From an uncultured Spirochaetota bacterium (GTDB lineage: Bacteria > Spirochaetota > Spirochaetia > SZUA-6 > Fen-1364): 64,000 nucleotides of DNA. The notes under the pieces were generated by a model that saw nothing but the letters and a program-made list of their open reading frames with translations, did no database searches and was not told the origin of the DNA. Positions 63,073-64,000 of the stretch are shown one piece after another. The position numbers were made by a program, and so were the translations under genes. The stretch's first letter is position 1, and the number at the start of each line of letters is the position of its first letter. Location: positions 1 through 64,000 of the forward strand of contig CAVUXE010000053.1 in assembly GCA_963745235.1 (NCBI GenBank), in the 5' to 3' direction.

Positions 63073-63576
63073 CTAGAACCCGCGCTCGTCGGCCGAAGGG
63101 CCGTAGATAGCCGGCACGGGGATATTGTTGAGGCGCATGTACACGCTGAGCTGACCCCGGTGGTGCACCAGGTGGTTGATATTCGACCCGATGTTGTCTT
63201 TCCTGGGAACGCTGACAAGAACCTGCCCTTTGAACTTCAGGTGGAAGAGCTCCGCAAGAGATTCGTCTGAGGCCTTCTGCAGGGCCTCCATCGCGCCCTT
63301 CATGTTCTCATCGAAGTGATTGACCAGCTCAGCGGTCGTCTTGAGATGAAAGTGCTCGAAGGTCGCGTAGTCGATCTCGGCGGTCTCCACGCCCACCTGG
63401 ATCCATTTCGGAATTTCGGCGACGAGCAGGGACAGGTATCCCATGGGCATCGACTTCTCGTGAGGCTTCCAGTCGAAGAGGCTCGCGGGAATCCTTTCGA
63501 GGCACTTCCGGCTGGCCGGCGCTTCGGCCTCCAGCTCCTTTACGAACATTGCACCAAGGGTATCCGAGTCTTTCAT
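63073..63576 (-). CDS. DinB family protein
   Basis: WKPHEKSM, NHLVHHRGQLSVYMR, PAIYGPSADE. Confidence 0.92.
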   Translation of the reverse strand: MKDSDTLGAMFVKELEAEAPASRKCLERIPASLFDWKPHEKSMPMGYLSLLVAEIPKWIQVGVETAEIDYATFEHFHLKTTAELVNHFDENMKGAMEALQKASDESLAELFHLKFKGQVLVSVPRKDNIGSNINHLVHHRGQLSVYMRLNNIPVPAIYGPSADERGF

Positions 63577-63659
63577 GTGCGCTCAAAGATATCGATTTTC
63601 CGATTGATCGCCGAATCGCTGTTGGATCATTAGATTCACATCAGCAAATGGGGGTATGC

Positions 63660-64000
63660 ATGAGACGGGTCGTCTTCATCTTGTTCGTGGCGGGCTGCTC
63701 GACTCTCGCTTTCGCGCAGGCTCCCGGCGGCGGGATCCAGTTCAGCGGGGTCCTTTCCGCCAACCTCATTGATGACTTCAATTCCAACATTGCATACGCG
63801 GACAACAACAGCGGTTATACCTACTTTCAGCTCAACGGTTCGTACAAGGATGGTCCCTTCGGGCTGGAGTCGCAAGTGCAGTTCGGCCCCGCGCCCGCCA
63901 ACACGGGAGTCTCGAACCTGTATGTCCATTACGGATACGGCTATGCGAACCTCCTTGGCGGCAGCCTGTATCTTGCCGTCGGGAGGATCATCGACATTTC
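63660..64000 (+). CDS. Secreted / putative outer-membrane protein (partial)
   Basis: Hand translation MRRVVFILFVAGCSTLAFAQ (signal peptide), then alternating beta-strand-like sequence running towards the window end. Confidence 0.6.
   Translation, partial: MRRVVFILFVAGCSTLAFAQAPGGGIQFSGVLSANLIDDFNSNIAYADNNSGYTYFQLNGSYKDGPFGLESQVQFGPAPANTGVSNLYVHYGYGYANLLGGSLYLAVGRIIDI

Noticed and set aside
1-64000. Many frameshifts suggesting mass pseudogenisation or programmed frameshifting
   Set aside because: They hit unrelated and housekeeping genes (polB, clpA, ABC ATPase) with catalytic motifs intact and no slippery-site pattern. This is typical of unpolished long-read consensus.

Overview
GC-rich (~65%) bacterial chromosomal segment, probably from an anaerobic Spirochaetia-like organism (inferred from the 'LFAGGSGE' N-terminus of a sugar-binding protein). 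Single-base indels break many conserved genes, which looks like long-read or assembly error. In order, the window holds: DNA polymerase II; a PTS-EIIA/diadenylate-cyclase fusion; clpS-clpA with aat; a tandem cNMP-GGDEF and cNMP-GGDEF-DHH/DHHA1 signalling pair; dispersed anaerobic purine-catabolism-associated genes (ygfK, ssnA, ygeY, an 8-oxoguanine-deaminase-like gene, two PLP enzymes); a DtxR-FeoB operon with a clear operator; a cysteate synthase / alpha-oxoamine synthase / SDR operon resembling capnine (sulfonolipid) biosynthesis; a small accessory patch (type III restriction remnant, DUF222-HNH gene); a CoA-activase; hps/phi; and an L-rhamnose locus with an atypical isomerase. The best candidates for undescribed biology are the cNMP-GGDEF-DHH multi-second-messenger module (with a nearby PTS-linked DAC) and the sulfonolipid-like operon in an apparently non-Bacteroidota genome. 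No rRNA, tRNA or CRISPR array was seen. All calls come from motif recognition by eye, with no database searches.
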